Of a stretch of 64,000 nt of DNA, positions 47,601-60,390 are shown one piece after another (the first letter of the stretch is position 1; the number at the start of each line of letters is the position of its first letter). This stretch comes from Carcharhinus amblyrhynchos (lineage: Eukaryota). The notes under the pieces were generated by a model, which was given only the letters and a program-made list of their open reading frames with translations, ran no database searches and was not told where the DNA came from. The position numbers and the translations under genes are program-made. The stretch lies in the NCBI GenBank assembly GCA_965287045.1, contig OZ336880.1:4712001-4776000 (forward strand), in the 5' to 3' direction.

Positions 47601-50600
47601 ATGCCTTAACTATGAAAGTTAGCGGTATTGCCACAAACATTAGGATTTTAACCATTGTTTAATTAGTGATATGATAAAGTGGGAGATGCTGAACGGTTGA
47701 ACTGATGACTAATATTGCTGCTGGTTACTGCTGTCATTTTAAAGGTTTAAAATGCAAATCTATTTTTCCCTCATGGAATTCTGTTGTAAATTTATATTCT
47801 TTAAGTTTAAAAAATAAGTACCTTTAGCACATTGTAGATTGGGTCCATTACAACAGATGTTCTTATGTTCTGCTATTGACAATGAATGAGTGAGTATTTG
47901 TTCACTTTTTTATGACAGCTGTAGATTTAGTTATTTTGTTTTATTTCTAATAACCTGATAGTTTTATGATGAAGGTGTGAATCATAAATTCTCTACTGTA
48001 GCAACATATTTCAAGATTTTCTTTTATAGTAAGTACTTCTGTTTGCAAAAGACAAATGACCTAGGGTTATCCTCAGCAATCCAATTATTAGATAACTTTC
48101 AAGCTCCTTCTATGTATTTTGAACTGTCAGCTTAGAATAAACTGACAAATTATTATAAAATGGCATTTCATCCCATTTAGAGGCTGCCATCATTACATTG
48201 ATAAACTGCAAATTATAGAAAAATTATCTCCATCATATCAACTAACAGACTTGATTTTGTAATGAGACTTCTAAGATCAATCCTGTGGTAAGATAATATC
48301 ATAAGAGCAAAGTCAATACAGTTCATGACTTGTTGAGCATTTAGGTTTTTAACAAATTATAAACTGATTATAGAGTACCATGTCATCAGGGGTATTGAAA
48401 AATTGATTATGGTAATTCATAACTTAAGATGTTCATTATTTCCAGTAATGTTAAAGCAGTCATGAAACCATAAATTTTATCATGTGTTTTATATATATAT
48501 AAAATGCAGCTTGGAATGTCTTTCTCTCTGTGCAGAATTAACATTGCTTGAAAATGCATTTGTCAAGTTGTGGGAAAGCTATGACTTTCTTGTTGGTATG
48601 GCAGTCCAAATTTTGCAGCCTGCCATCTCTCATAACCACCAAAATTGAGACAATTGTCCTCATCTGTCAGCTTTAGCTAAATCCTACAAATGCTTCTTAA
48701 AAGTTATGTAGGGGTTTTTGCATTTAACTATGTATCTGTTTTCCTTTTAGTATCTTTAGTTTCATTTACAAACCCTGAGGAAAATTAGTTGCTGTAAGCT
48801 GAGCTGTATGAAGGTGAAGTTAACAGCTCCATTGATAATTCATCTCCTTCATACCATTGCCAGTAATAGCATCTGGCCAAAAGCCTTGCTTTCATCTGTA
48901 GATAGTGTTTTAAAAAATATATGAAATGTTTCAATGAGATTCTTTTTAATCATATGCTCATTTTACTCAAGCGCTGCTAATGGTGTTAAAAATCAAACTT
49001 TAGGAAAACTATATAAAAACTTAAAAAATCATTGAATACTGTAATATGTATATGTTCAGCCATCATAATGTTACAATGAACTAGCCATTCCAATTATCCT
49101 TCACCAGCTCCTTAAATAACTATAATAGAATGGCTAATTCATAATGGCCCATTCTAAAGTAGTATCACCATGTTTAATTGCTGATTGATTAGTGGGAATA
49201 TGGTAGTAATGGCTTGTTAATTTGATGGTTACAACTTTGTCAGATTTGTTACTTGGTAGCAGTTTCAGCTATGGCTCAGAAGACTCCGTGTTCCAGTCTT
49301 ATTCTGGTATTTGAGTCCATAATCTAAGATGACACCCAAATCAAGTCTAGTGCTGGATGGTGGTGACTTCTTGGGTGAGACGTTAGACCAAGATGTTCTG
49401 TTGATGTTAAAGGTTGGCTTTGTCAGAGATCCTGGGTACCAGCAACCTTGGGCACTCTTAGTCAACTTGAGTACGAACAGCGCTAGATACCATGCATAAT
49501 CCAAGACAAGGCCTCTAATGGCTTCCAAACTATGAAACTTCAATCTGAGCATTTTAACTTGCACAGCTTTCATTATTCAAAAAGTCCATGCCTACCTCGG
49601 GTGCCGTTTATTATACTTTGCTATGTGCAGAATGGCTTTTATGTTTGCCAATGTAGCACTGTTTTTCAAGGGAATTCAGCGGTAAATACACTTCAAGGGA
49701 ATTCAGTCTGGGATATGATCAAGTGTAATATAAAAGCAAGTATTTTTATTGGGAGGTTAAGGATTTTGTTAAAAGTATACTGTGGTATTAACTCTCAGGA
49801 TGCCTCCATCCTGGTTCTGCAAATGGCAGTTATTTGGATTGAAGGAACTCTATTCCCATTTTATTTTTATTAAATGCAGTTTCTTGCAAGAATGGCATCC
49901 TTATAAGACCATTTCATTTTTCATCAATGCTGAAGTTATAGAACAAATCCTGATTTAGGAGCAAATCAGAGTGAAATGTCTTGAAGGAAACTAAGCACTG
50001 GAGTTTTGTCTGGCCTAGCTTTTGATATATTATAACTGTTGCTGAAAGTCTGTATAGTATAAATGCAGCCAAAGGAAAGCAAGATTTTCAGAGAATCCAA
50101 TGTTCTTACAGCTCTCTTGCGATATACCAGCTATTGCGCAGAAGAGGCAAATCTTACACCGGCATGCCAGCCATAAGCTGTGGGGACTGTATGTTCTGTC
50201 CTACTGCAAAATGTTTTGAGAGAATTTTAAATAACATGCACAAGTTGCACTTTCATTTAAAGAAATGTAATTCTGTCCATGTCTATAGTAAATTAAGATG
50301 CATCAACCTAAGTTGCTTATATTTAGATCTTTTTGCTTCAGGGCACAGGAGTATTCAGATTCAAGTTACCACTGTCTTTCTCTTTTGCTATCCCCTACAA
50401 TCCAACCCTCCATTTCAGTTCTTAACCTAGATGTTTCTTCATAGAGCGAGTCTGATTTTTAGGGATTGCCTTGAAGAAGCAGAGATTTCTTGCCAGTTTG
50501 CTTGGCTAGAAAATTGAGAAGAGGGTTTCAACAGCATTCTTGTGCTGTTATCATCAGTCTTCAGCATGGGTTCAGCACTATTAGCCTCTGTTATCATTGT

Positions 50601-53600
50601 TTTCATTTCTTTGAACTCCATGTTATGATTACAAGTTGACTGTTGAAGGGTGCAATTTAATGTTGAGATTAAAAATAGAAATTTGTACCTGCTGGAGTTC
50701 TGAAATTAAAACCAAGAAGAAACTATAAATACACAGCAGGTCTGAGGCATTTGAAAGGAAGTGTATTTGGTGAGCAGATTTTCCTTAAGTCTGCTCTCGA
50801 AGAACTTTGGTGAAAGTAAAGAGTGCTATGAGCAATGTGCATCATTCCTTGTCTCAGTATTATTGTTGAATGCCTTCAGGAAAGTATCTATAAATCTTCA
50901 GATGCAGGACAAACCGGTTCTTGAACTTGAATTTCACTATAAGAACTTAACAGGAGTTTGATGTATGAATGAGGATTTGTACTTGGTTGGGTTTGTCTGA
51001 CTAATTTTAATACGTTGGAATAATTTTAATACATATTTAATTAAAGTTGTGGTTTGGCAATTTTCTTCCTTTTACTGTTATCCGTTTATGTAATATCTTT
51101 AACAAAAGAGCAATGTACCTGAAATGAATTTCTGTATGAGTTTCCTTTATAGATAATAAAGTGAAATTGAATTTGAATTGAAAAGATGGTTTAACTGTTC
51201 AAATATAGATTAGAACCATTGGCATATCTTTCCCCTTTATGGTTGCTGACAAGACCTGTTATGTATTTACCATATTTCTGTTTATGATATTCAGACAAAG
51301 TTCACAGCAACCCAAAGGTTTTATACTTGGGATTATCTAATACGAATAGCTGTTCATTCCAACTACAGTTCAGGCCTATGTGAGGCAATAGTAGCTGAGG
51401 AAGGAACTGTGTCAAAATAACAGCAGCATTGATGCGTGGTGCTGGTTCTAAGACTCCCTAATGTCACAGCAAGTTAACTAATTGTATAGTTGTCAATTTT
51501 AAGTAACCATTAGCTAAGAAACCCTTCAGCTCGAAAAGTTGACTAAGAATTAAAAATACAAATTGAAATGGGATTTGTTTCATCTTCTAATGTAAATCTG
51601 AATTTCTGAGTTAATGCAGATGTATATTTCCAGAGACAACCTTAGGGATATGAGTGTTCAAAACTGTACACGTGTACATGGATGTTTTATTTAAAGAAAA
51701 TCTGTTTCCAGTATACTATACTAGTTGAGTTGAGACTGATTATTTCACCATGATTTTCTATAAGTTTGTTTATTATTTTAGAGAGATTTTCAGGACCAAC
51801 TAATTTCCTGAAGAAAGGTATAATTGCTCCTTCCCTAGCAGAATTGTAATATATTGAAAAGTGGAATTTGCATTATTATTGCTGTACAAAATTTAATTTA
51901 ATATCTCAGTTTATGACTTTGGGTTTGACTACAGTGATAAAAAATTGACATTAGGGAGATTTGTGAGAACAGATGCCATATTGCTTTGCTAAAATGCTGT
52001 TTTCCTTCAGGACAAAAAAGGTTGTGTTAATCAAATAATAGAAGTGCAGTAATGTATTTTCAGTGATTATGCCACAGTTATTTCACCTCTTCTATATGTA
52101 CCAATTAATAATATTTTCATAAAATGTCCACTATAAAGATCAGGTTTAAATTTCAGTCTGTTTCATCTAAGAACAGGCTGTGTAGTTTTTCCACGTACTG
52201 CTCGAGATTCAAAATTATACACTGTGCTTGACCTAAGATTAAAACTAAGGAATGAATGCATCAGAATGCAATGTAGTACATGGTGTGCAAATTTAAGAAG
52301 AAAAAAGTCAGGATGAAAGAGGACTTTGCTTCCTTTGGGAATCCTTAAGAGGGCACAGTAGCCTTGTGGAATGTGGTTACTAGCCTTGTGGCTAGTGACC
52401 CGAATGTTATGAGGTTAAATGACATAATGATAGATTGAATTCACTGGCTTGCTGGGCTAGCATCAGGAAAAAAAATGACAGTGAAAGCTGCCAAGTTGTT
52501 GTAAAAGCCCAGTGGCTCACTCATGTCCTTCAAGGGTAGGGGCTTCTTACCTCTACCTGATCCATTCTGAAAATGACTCCAGTCCCGCACTGTGTAGAGT
52601 CATAAGGCCCTCAAGGGGCAATAAATACTGTCATGTTACTGTTGATTGCATTCCAATAACTAATAAAAAAAAAGTCGACATCTGATGCATGTTTTGATTT
52701 GGGGTCGGGGGGATGGCGAGGGACAGGATGGAGCAAAAGAGATGTTTTAGAAAAATTGCTTTTGAAAGCTGATTTCCAAAAGAACTGTGTTGTGAGGCTG
52801 GATACAAGTGTCTCAGACTCTCGGGTGATGGCCTACCTTGGAAATGGCATCCCTGATTGGGTGGCTGCACGTTGCCAGGTAAAATCTATAAAATATAATT
52901 TTCTCTTGAGCAGTGCATTTAAGAAGAATTGCACAAGGAAAGGGCTGACATATAATGGTTGATTTTAGCAACTGAGATGAGATTGAAGTTTGCCTTTCCA
53001 ACTGCTACCAATATTTAGAAATCGCCATTAATGAAGTAAAATGCTTTCTAAGAGCATTCTCAAACAAAACTTGACTCACAGATATAAGACAGATGAGGTA
53101 GGTTAAAATAATTGTTATTTTGTTTACACCCTCTGAATAAAGATGGTGGTGCAAGGAAATCAGAATAACCAAATCTAAGAATTATCTATTTCTAACTTAG
53201 TGATCAAATTTTGACATCATTTTAAACATTATGAAAACTTAATTCTTTACTGTGTTTGGAAGAGTTTAGATTCAGATAATGTCAATCAAGATGATACATT
53301 TGATCTCCATTTCTTAGATTGGCTAAGTTACCAAATCCAGGAGATGAACAATTGCCATGGGAACTTCCTACAAGCACAGTTCATTTCAGGAACAATTGCT
53401 GCATGGATGGTCTTTTGTTTGCTTGCAAACCTTATTAGTCTGTTAAGATTCCTCTTGTGGAGGATAAAACTTAGATTGTTGGTACCAGATAATAGAAAAT
53501 ATAGACCAATTGACCCCCAATTTGCGATTAATGGGTTAGTACTGATGGCTTATCAATTGTTTCAAACCCATATATGAGTGTCTACCATTAAACTATTCTA

Positions 53601-53797
53601 TCTTGATATTGTAGTAAATTTGTTAAGATTGCAAAGTTTGTGAAAACAATTTGAATAATTTTCTCTGCTTCTTACTGAACCCCAGCTAAAATAATACCTT
53701 ATAAATTGCAAAAGCTAAATTTAATTATGCCTCAAGTGAATTTGTGACATTACAAACCCTGTTAGTTACTTATGCTGCTGTTAACTTTTTGTTATAG

Positions 53798-53880
53798 ATT
53801 ATTGAGACTGAAAATATGATGGATCGAATTGTGACTGGCTTAGCTGAGTCTAGTATCAAGGTGCGGTTAGCTGCTGTCAG
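53798..53880 (+). CDS. ARMC8: ARMC8 exon 13 ([28 protein letters not shown])
   Basis: tttgttatag| acceptor, |GTATGG donor, 83 nt. Confidence 0.96.
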
Positions 53881-56758
53881 GTATGGATGGACTCCTGAAC
53901 TTTCCTGTCTGAAATACAATTTGATAGTTCTAAAACCAATATAGTGACTAGTATTGTGTTGACTCGGCAGACACTGAATCTTTAATCAGTTTAGCAAATA
54001 CTCCTGTAACATTTGCATGGGTAATAAAATAGAGAATGAAAAAGGGCCCAGATTTGCTACATAATTAGTTGGCTATTGTATTATTAACCATTAACTTGAA
54101 GCTTAAGCACTCCCATTAAATAACTTGGAAGTATTCTTTGAGGCACTTAACCACCCCTTTGATGGTAATCTATTGCACTCTAACATAAATACACTATCAA
54201 TTTAAATTATTAGTTGCGTGGCAGATAAAAAAATTCTAATTCTGAGAAAGAATGACTGAATCAAATAATTAATTCAACTAAATGTTAGTTTGATAGTTTT
54301 GTGATTACATTTTCAAATTCTCATGTGCCTGGGGGGAAGCTTTTAGCTTTCATGATTTTTTTCTAGTGATTAAATCCAACAACCTTGTTGATCTGTGAAT
54401 ATTTGATTTAGTAAATTATTCTAAGATGCATCTTAATGAGTGTAACTAGTTAGGCAAATTTCAGTTTAATATTGTTTTTGTGTAAGGTGCAGCTATGTAC
54501 ATTATATAGGTGGAGTGTACCTTGGTTGTTTTGAGTTGTAGTCTTGCATTAAGTGGATGAATGTTAGTTTGACTGGAGTAACCCTGAGTTAAGACATTGA
54601 AGGCTGATCCCAGGCATAGAGGACTTGAGACAAAATAAAAATTCAGATGTTGAATCTTTCGAAACAATTTGGGGAAGACCTCATAAGGTTCATGCTAACA
54701 TTCTTTAATTGTGTAGAAATAGTAAGTCCTCATGTTAAATTTTGATAGTGGGACAAAGAAGAAAGGTTGAAAATTAGTCTGACAGGTTTTATACTGATGT
54801 CAGGAAGTTGTTCTTGATCAATTGGATCAAGTTTATTCAAGAAACTACTGGACACTGCAAAAGTGGTTTGTAGGTAGGATAGACGGAACAGCACCTTCAT
54901 TTTTCTTGTTATCTCCTGATCTGTCATTACTAATACACAGTCAGACAGCTTGAATTTTGACACTGATCATTTGGGCAGTTTAACTTTTAATGGCCAATCC
55001 TATTTTTGAATGTAGGAACAAATGAGGCACAGATGCAGGCAATTCAGCCCATTATTTCTGCCATTTCTATTAGCCTCCGTAACTCTCTTCAATCCCTGTC
55101 CTTCCTCCATTTCCCTTCATATGGACTTCCCAAGTGTTTCTTTTTTTAAGCACGTCAGTTGACTTTGTCTTTATGACCATCTGAGGAGAAATCATTCCTG
55201 AATGATATTCCTGAACTGGAATTCTAGGAATAGATTCTCTTGTTCTAGATTCCCCATCAATTGTCGTCATCATTTGAATTACCTTAGTGGGATTATCATT
55301 TAAACTCCTCAGCTATTGGACATATTTCCAAAATCTCTCACCATAACAACCTCCTAGGTAATTTCCTAGTAAATAATTGTTAGATTTTCTTTAAGTAAAC
55401 AAATCATTCCTAAGACCAAACTGTCCGATTTGATACATTACTGGCATGGTGCATAATTGAAGTAATACTTTTATATTCTCTATCTCTTGTGATGGAGCCT
55501 GTGTCATATTATGCTTTTGATTGCTATTTGCACTTGAACCATAACTTTCAGTGGTTTATATACTTGGACCCTTAAATGTTGTCTGCCCCATCCAGTATTT
55601 TCCATTCAAGCAATACTATCTGTTATTCTTAATCCAAAATGTACCATTCACTCTTTCTTGAATTACATCGGCACATTCTCAATCCATTTATGTCTGTACA
55701 TAATTTTCTACTGTCTTCTTTATTGTATTTACGATCTTAGGATCATCTGTAATGAAGGATTTATTTCCATCTGTTCCCAAATCCAGATAATATGTGAGAT
55801 GAAAAGCTGAGAGCCAACATAAATTCTTGGGGTGGGGTGTAATAGCAATTCTTATTGCTATCCTTTTCATCCTAATTGTCTACCTTCTACTTTCCTACTT
55901 GTTTCTCATCTAATTCCATGTACTTTAATTTTGGCTCGCAATGTGTAGAATTTCAAGTCTATGAATAGACAACCTAATCCTCTTCCCTGCATCACCTCAG
56001 TGTCTGTGACAAGGGGTCCAATAGATTGATTGACATGATCCACCTTCTGCAAAAGCATATTTTGATGAGAGCTTTTACTCTATCTATTCTTAAAATCTTT
56101 CTACTGCAAACATTAATCTTACTGATTCATCGGTATTTGATTTCTCACCTTCCTTTTGGAATAAAGACGTTTGATGTCTTCCAGTCCTACTGTACTTTCT
56201 ATACGCTACCTCTAGTTTTCAAAAAAAACCTGAAATCTATTATCTCTTTATTGATCCTAAGTACTTTCTCTAAATCCAGTGACCTTTAATGAATGCATTC
56301 CCAGTTTATTTGCCTCCCTTTTTAATATACATACATATCAAGGTCCCGCAATTTGTGATTTCATAATTTTATCCCATTATAATTTTTCTGTTTTGAATTA
56401 ATTTCTCTGTGCCAATCTTTAGTTTTCCTAAACACACTTGTATTATATCTTCCTTCTGTAATGTGAAAATTGAAAATAGCATTATGGTTCTTCTGCTAAG
56501 TACTCATCTTCTGTTATTGTTTTGAGTATATCGTCAGGTTTATTTGACACAGATCATAGACCAATATTACCTTGATTTATTATTTCAGATGTTGATGGGG
56601 ATTGGGTTTATTTAATCTGCTCAATCACTGGTCTTGTATGTTTGATCACTACTTATTCTTGCATTGTTAAGGGATAATCAAGCACACCATCCACATTTGT
56701 TTAATTCTATATGTTTTTTTTTGAGAGATATGTATCTTTGTCTGATTTCCATTCATAG

Positions 56759-56840
56759 ATGTTTGCATAGTCTGTCCAGATCAGTACAGCAACTCCGAAC
56801 AAGTTTTCAGGATCATACGGTGTGGAAACCACTAATGAAG
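56759..56840 (+). CDS. ARMC8: ARMC8 exon 14 ([27 protein letters not shown]); later exons not seen in the window
   Basis: attcatag| acceptor, |GTAGGT donor, 82 nt. Confidence 0.96.
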
Positions 56841-57344
56841 GTAGGTAGTGGCATGCATTTTAAAAAGCATTAATTATATTGAACTTTCAAAATGAACTTT
56901 AAATGTTTTGTGCCTCAATAGAGCTCAAGCTATTAGGAAATTAATTTGTTTGTTGCCACTAACTTGAGAAGTGTAATGTAGACATGGAAATTAAATAAGT
57001 TATTTATCTGCCAATAAAGGTCACTGGTGCACTGAGTAAATCACCTGCAGAATTCAGTCAAGGATCTGTCAAGTGCACAACTGGTTTGTGCTTGTGAATG
57101 AATACCGGCATATAAATGATGGATCTGATTAAAAACGCCGCTGGAATTAACTTGCAACCCAGCAGTGAATACTTATCTAAAGACATAATGATCATACTCG
57201 ATTAATTGTTCTGTATTAACAGGACCTGTTAAGAACAAAAAGGCAGCAAGTTTGGGTGTAACAAGTTAGAACTTCTAAAATCACGTACTCAGAATGCAAA
57301 ATTTGGGACCAACAAATTGTAGATAAAATGAGTATTTTTCTCTG

Positions 57345-58860
57345 TTTTTCATGGGATGTGGGCATCATTGACAAGGCCAGTATTTGTTGCCTATTCCTAA
57401 TTGCCAGACTGGGAAAGGATGACAGATTTCTTTCCCTAAAGGACATTAGTGAACCAGAATTATCAATGATAGTTGTCATGTCACTGTTACTGAGAAGAGC
57501 TTCATATTTCAGATTTATCAATCGAATTCAAGTTCCACCAGCTGCTCCAGAGCATTAGCCTGGACTTCTGGATTACTAACCTAGTGATGTTACCACTGTG
57601 TTACCATCTCTGACAGTACAGGGCGCACATAAGCTATGGTCTGATTGAATGGTGGAAAAGACGAAGGGCTGATGGCATATTCCTGTTGCTATGTAACTAT
57701 CACTGAATTTCTGACTTATCATAGAAAATACAGAGGTAATATCGCATTAATGGAAGCCATTCAGTCCATCAATCCTGCACCTGCTCTCTTGAAGGACAAC
57801 CCAGTTAATCTTACTTCCCTGCTCCTTCCCCATATTACTGCAATATTTTTGCTTCAGTGTTTATCCAGTCTCTCTCGGCCAAACTGTTCATTCCAAACTC
57901 AAATCACTCCTTGTGTTTAAAAAAAATTTTGTCTATACGCTACCTCTAGTTTTTTAAAAAAACAATTATCTGAAATCTGTACTCTCTTTATCGATCTTAA
58001 GCCATTGGAAACCATCTGTCTTGATTACGAAGTCTAAAGCCTTCAAAAATTTCAACAAATTATCAAATCTGCTCTTAACCTTCACTGCTTTAAGGGAACA
58101 ACCCCAGCCTCTCCACTTACATAACAGTAATGCCTTAACCATGTGACTAAACCTCTTCTGTACCCTCCCCATGCCCTTTCTAATGTGCGGTGTCCAGAAT
58201 TGGGCACCCTACTTCAGCTGGCTCCGAACTAGTGTTTTATGTATGTTTAGCATAACTTCCCGGCTTTTAGACCTTATGCCTCAACTGTTTTGTGAATCTG
58301 CCCTATTAGCTTCAAAGAATTGTGCACAGGTATCCAAAGGGGTCTCTCTCCTTGCATCTCTTCAAAATTGTACTGTTTAGCTTGTATTATCTCTTTATTC
58401 CTCCTTCAAAAATATATCACCTCACACTGAACTGTGTTAAATTTCATTTTCCATGTGTCACCCATTCCACCAGCTAATTTGCATCCTCATGAGATCTATT
58501 AGATACTGAACCCTAATTAACTTAATTTGATATATTACCAATCACCTATTTAAACTTTATATTCATAATATCAACTGCACAGTACTTATGCACCCTTGCT
58601 CACCTCATAAAATCCTCAATTGAATTAGTCAAACTAGGTCTCCCCTTAGTAACTCATATAGAATCCCTACAGTGCAGAAGGTGGTTATTCGGCCCATTGA
58701 ACCTGCACTGCCTTTCCAACACAGCATCTTACCCAGAACCTCTCCCCGTCCTATCTCCCTAACCCCATACATTTACTCCACTAACCCCCCTAACGTATAC
58801 ATCTTTACACAGCAAGGGGCAATTTAGCATGGCCAATCCACCTAACCTGCACATCTTTGG
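57345..58860 (-). mobile_element. Cluster: SINE (57345-57610), CR1-like 3' end (about 57720-58490), HE1-like SINE tail (58657-58860)
   Basis: Motifs match the other copies in this window. Confidence 0.7.
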
Positions 58861-59049
58861 AAAAATCCATAATACTTCACCATTACTATTCATGCTTGTC
58901 CAAGGGGCTGTCATTTTCACCCAGATTTTTGTTTCTTTTAAGAATATTTTCATTGTGGTTGACTCTCAACCATCGTCCAAGGTCAACTAGGGATGGGCAA
59001 TAAATGCTGACTAGCCAACGATGCCCATGTCCCATGAATAAATAAATAA

Positions 59050-60390
59050 AAATTAGGAATTTTCCAGTTTACATTTACCACAAAACACAAATCCCCAAAA
59101 TCACAGTATAGAGTAACCATTATTCCACATAAAGCTGCGGAAAAGACCAGCGGAAATGATTCCAATTATTAATCATTGTAGTCGGCATCTCCTCTCGTAC
59201 AGATAAAAGGATACAAAGAAGAGTGGGGGGTGGTTTCAGCATAACAGGATGCAGTCATGAATACGTGGCCCGAAGGTGCACAACCTCCTCCACACAGTAA
59301 TACAGAACTGCACAATATACCCAGGACCGCCAAACAATGAAAGGATAACCCAGAAAAAGGCAAACTTCAGAATGCTGCCATCAGTACAAAATGTAGCATG
59401 CCAACCTATGTCCATGTACAGGAACCAGTAAACTAAGGATTTGTACACCACACCTAGGCTTGCAACCTCCCTCCTCTCCAACTGTGTCAGAGGCACCGAT
59501 TAGGCTCCCCATCACCAGAAAACTTACAACCATTTTCCCACTAACAAAGAAAAGGGGAATCGTCAAGACACCCGTATCTCAGGAATAGATATGACCATCC
59601 TTCCAACAAGTAAGGGAAACTCTCCAGGATTAACTATAAAAATCAGCCTTTATCAACGCCTCATCCCACCCAAATGAAGAAAGGAAGTCCCAGAGAGAGA
59701 GGAGCATCAGGATTATCCAGTAGATGCCAGATGTTGTTTTTCCACATTTAAGTCACCATTGCCCCACATACCAGAAGCTCGTGGTGATTTAATCAGAGGT
59801 CAGCACATCTCAGGCGAAGGTTGAGAAGGTGGGCCTTCATGAATAATTTTAGCCAGTGCGGGAATTGAACCCACGCTGTTGCCTGCGCTTTGCATCGCAA
59901 ACCAGCCAAACAGTCCACTGAGCTAAACCAACGCCCAATAGATTTGTCAGAATTGAGACTTCTACATACCACATGAGTTTTGTCACATATACTATCACAG
60001 GAAGGACACCGGGAGCATAACAGTACAGCTTTGCAAGGAACAGGACACTGTCCTATGTCCCCTTCACCCTATGGGAGTCTGAGCCTTGAAGAAAGACAGA
60101 CAGACTGGAAGTCTTCATATAAGACCACTTGGAGGAGGCAATCTACTTTGCCAGCCAAAGAGAGACTCCATCAATGCTGAACTGAAGCACCCAGTCTCGT
60201 GCACGTTGTGTGACCAGCAGGACATTGCATTCCTAAAGGAACCAAGTCTCAGGAGAGAGAGCAGTCCAGGAGCCCCCAGAAGGGAATGCCTTAGGGAGGG
60301 CAACCTTCTCCCCTGTCCAACGTACTCTTCACCTGACCCGGATGAACAAAGCCATGACTGCCCAAACCTGCTGAATGACACCCTGCCTTT
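59050..60390 (-). mobile_element. Decayed non-LTR element 3' region (L1/Tx1-like, uncertain), interrupted by a SINE at about 59700-59940
   Basis: - strand RCPSCDSICDKTHVVC zinc-knuckle-like peptide near 59960-60015; many stops. Confidence 0.35.

Noticed and set aside
59840-59940. tRNA-like A/B boxes (also at other SINE heads)
   Set aside because: Joined to SINE bodies with no complete cloverleaf; not tRNA genes.
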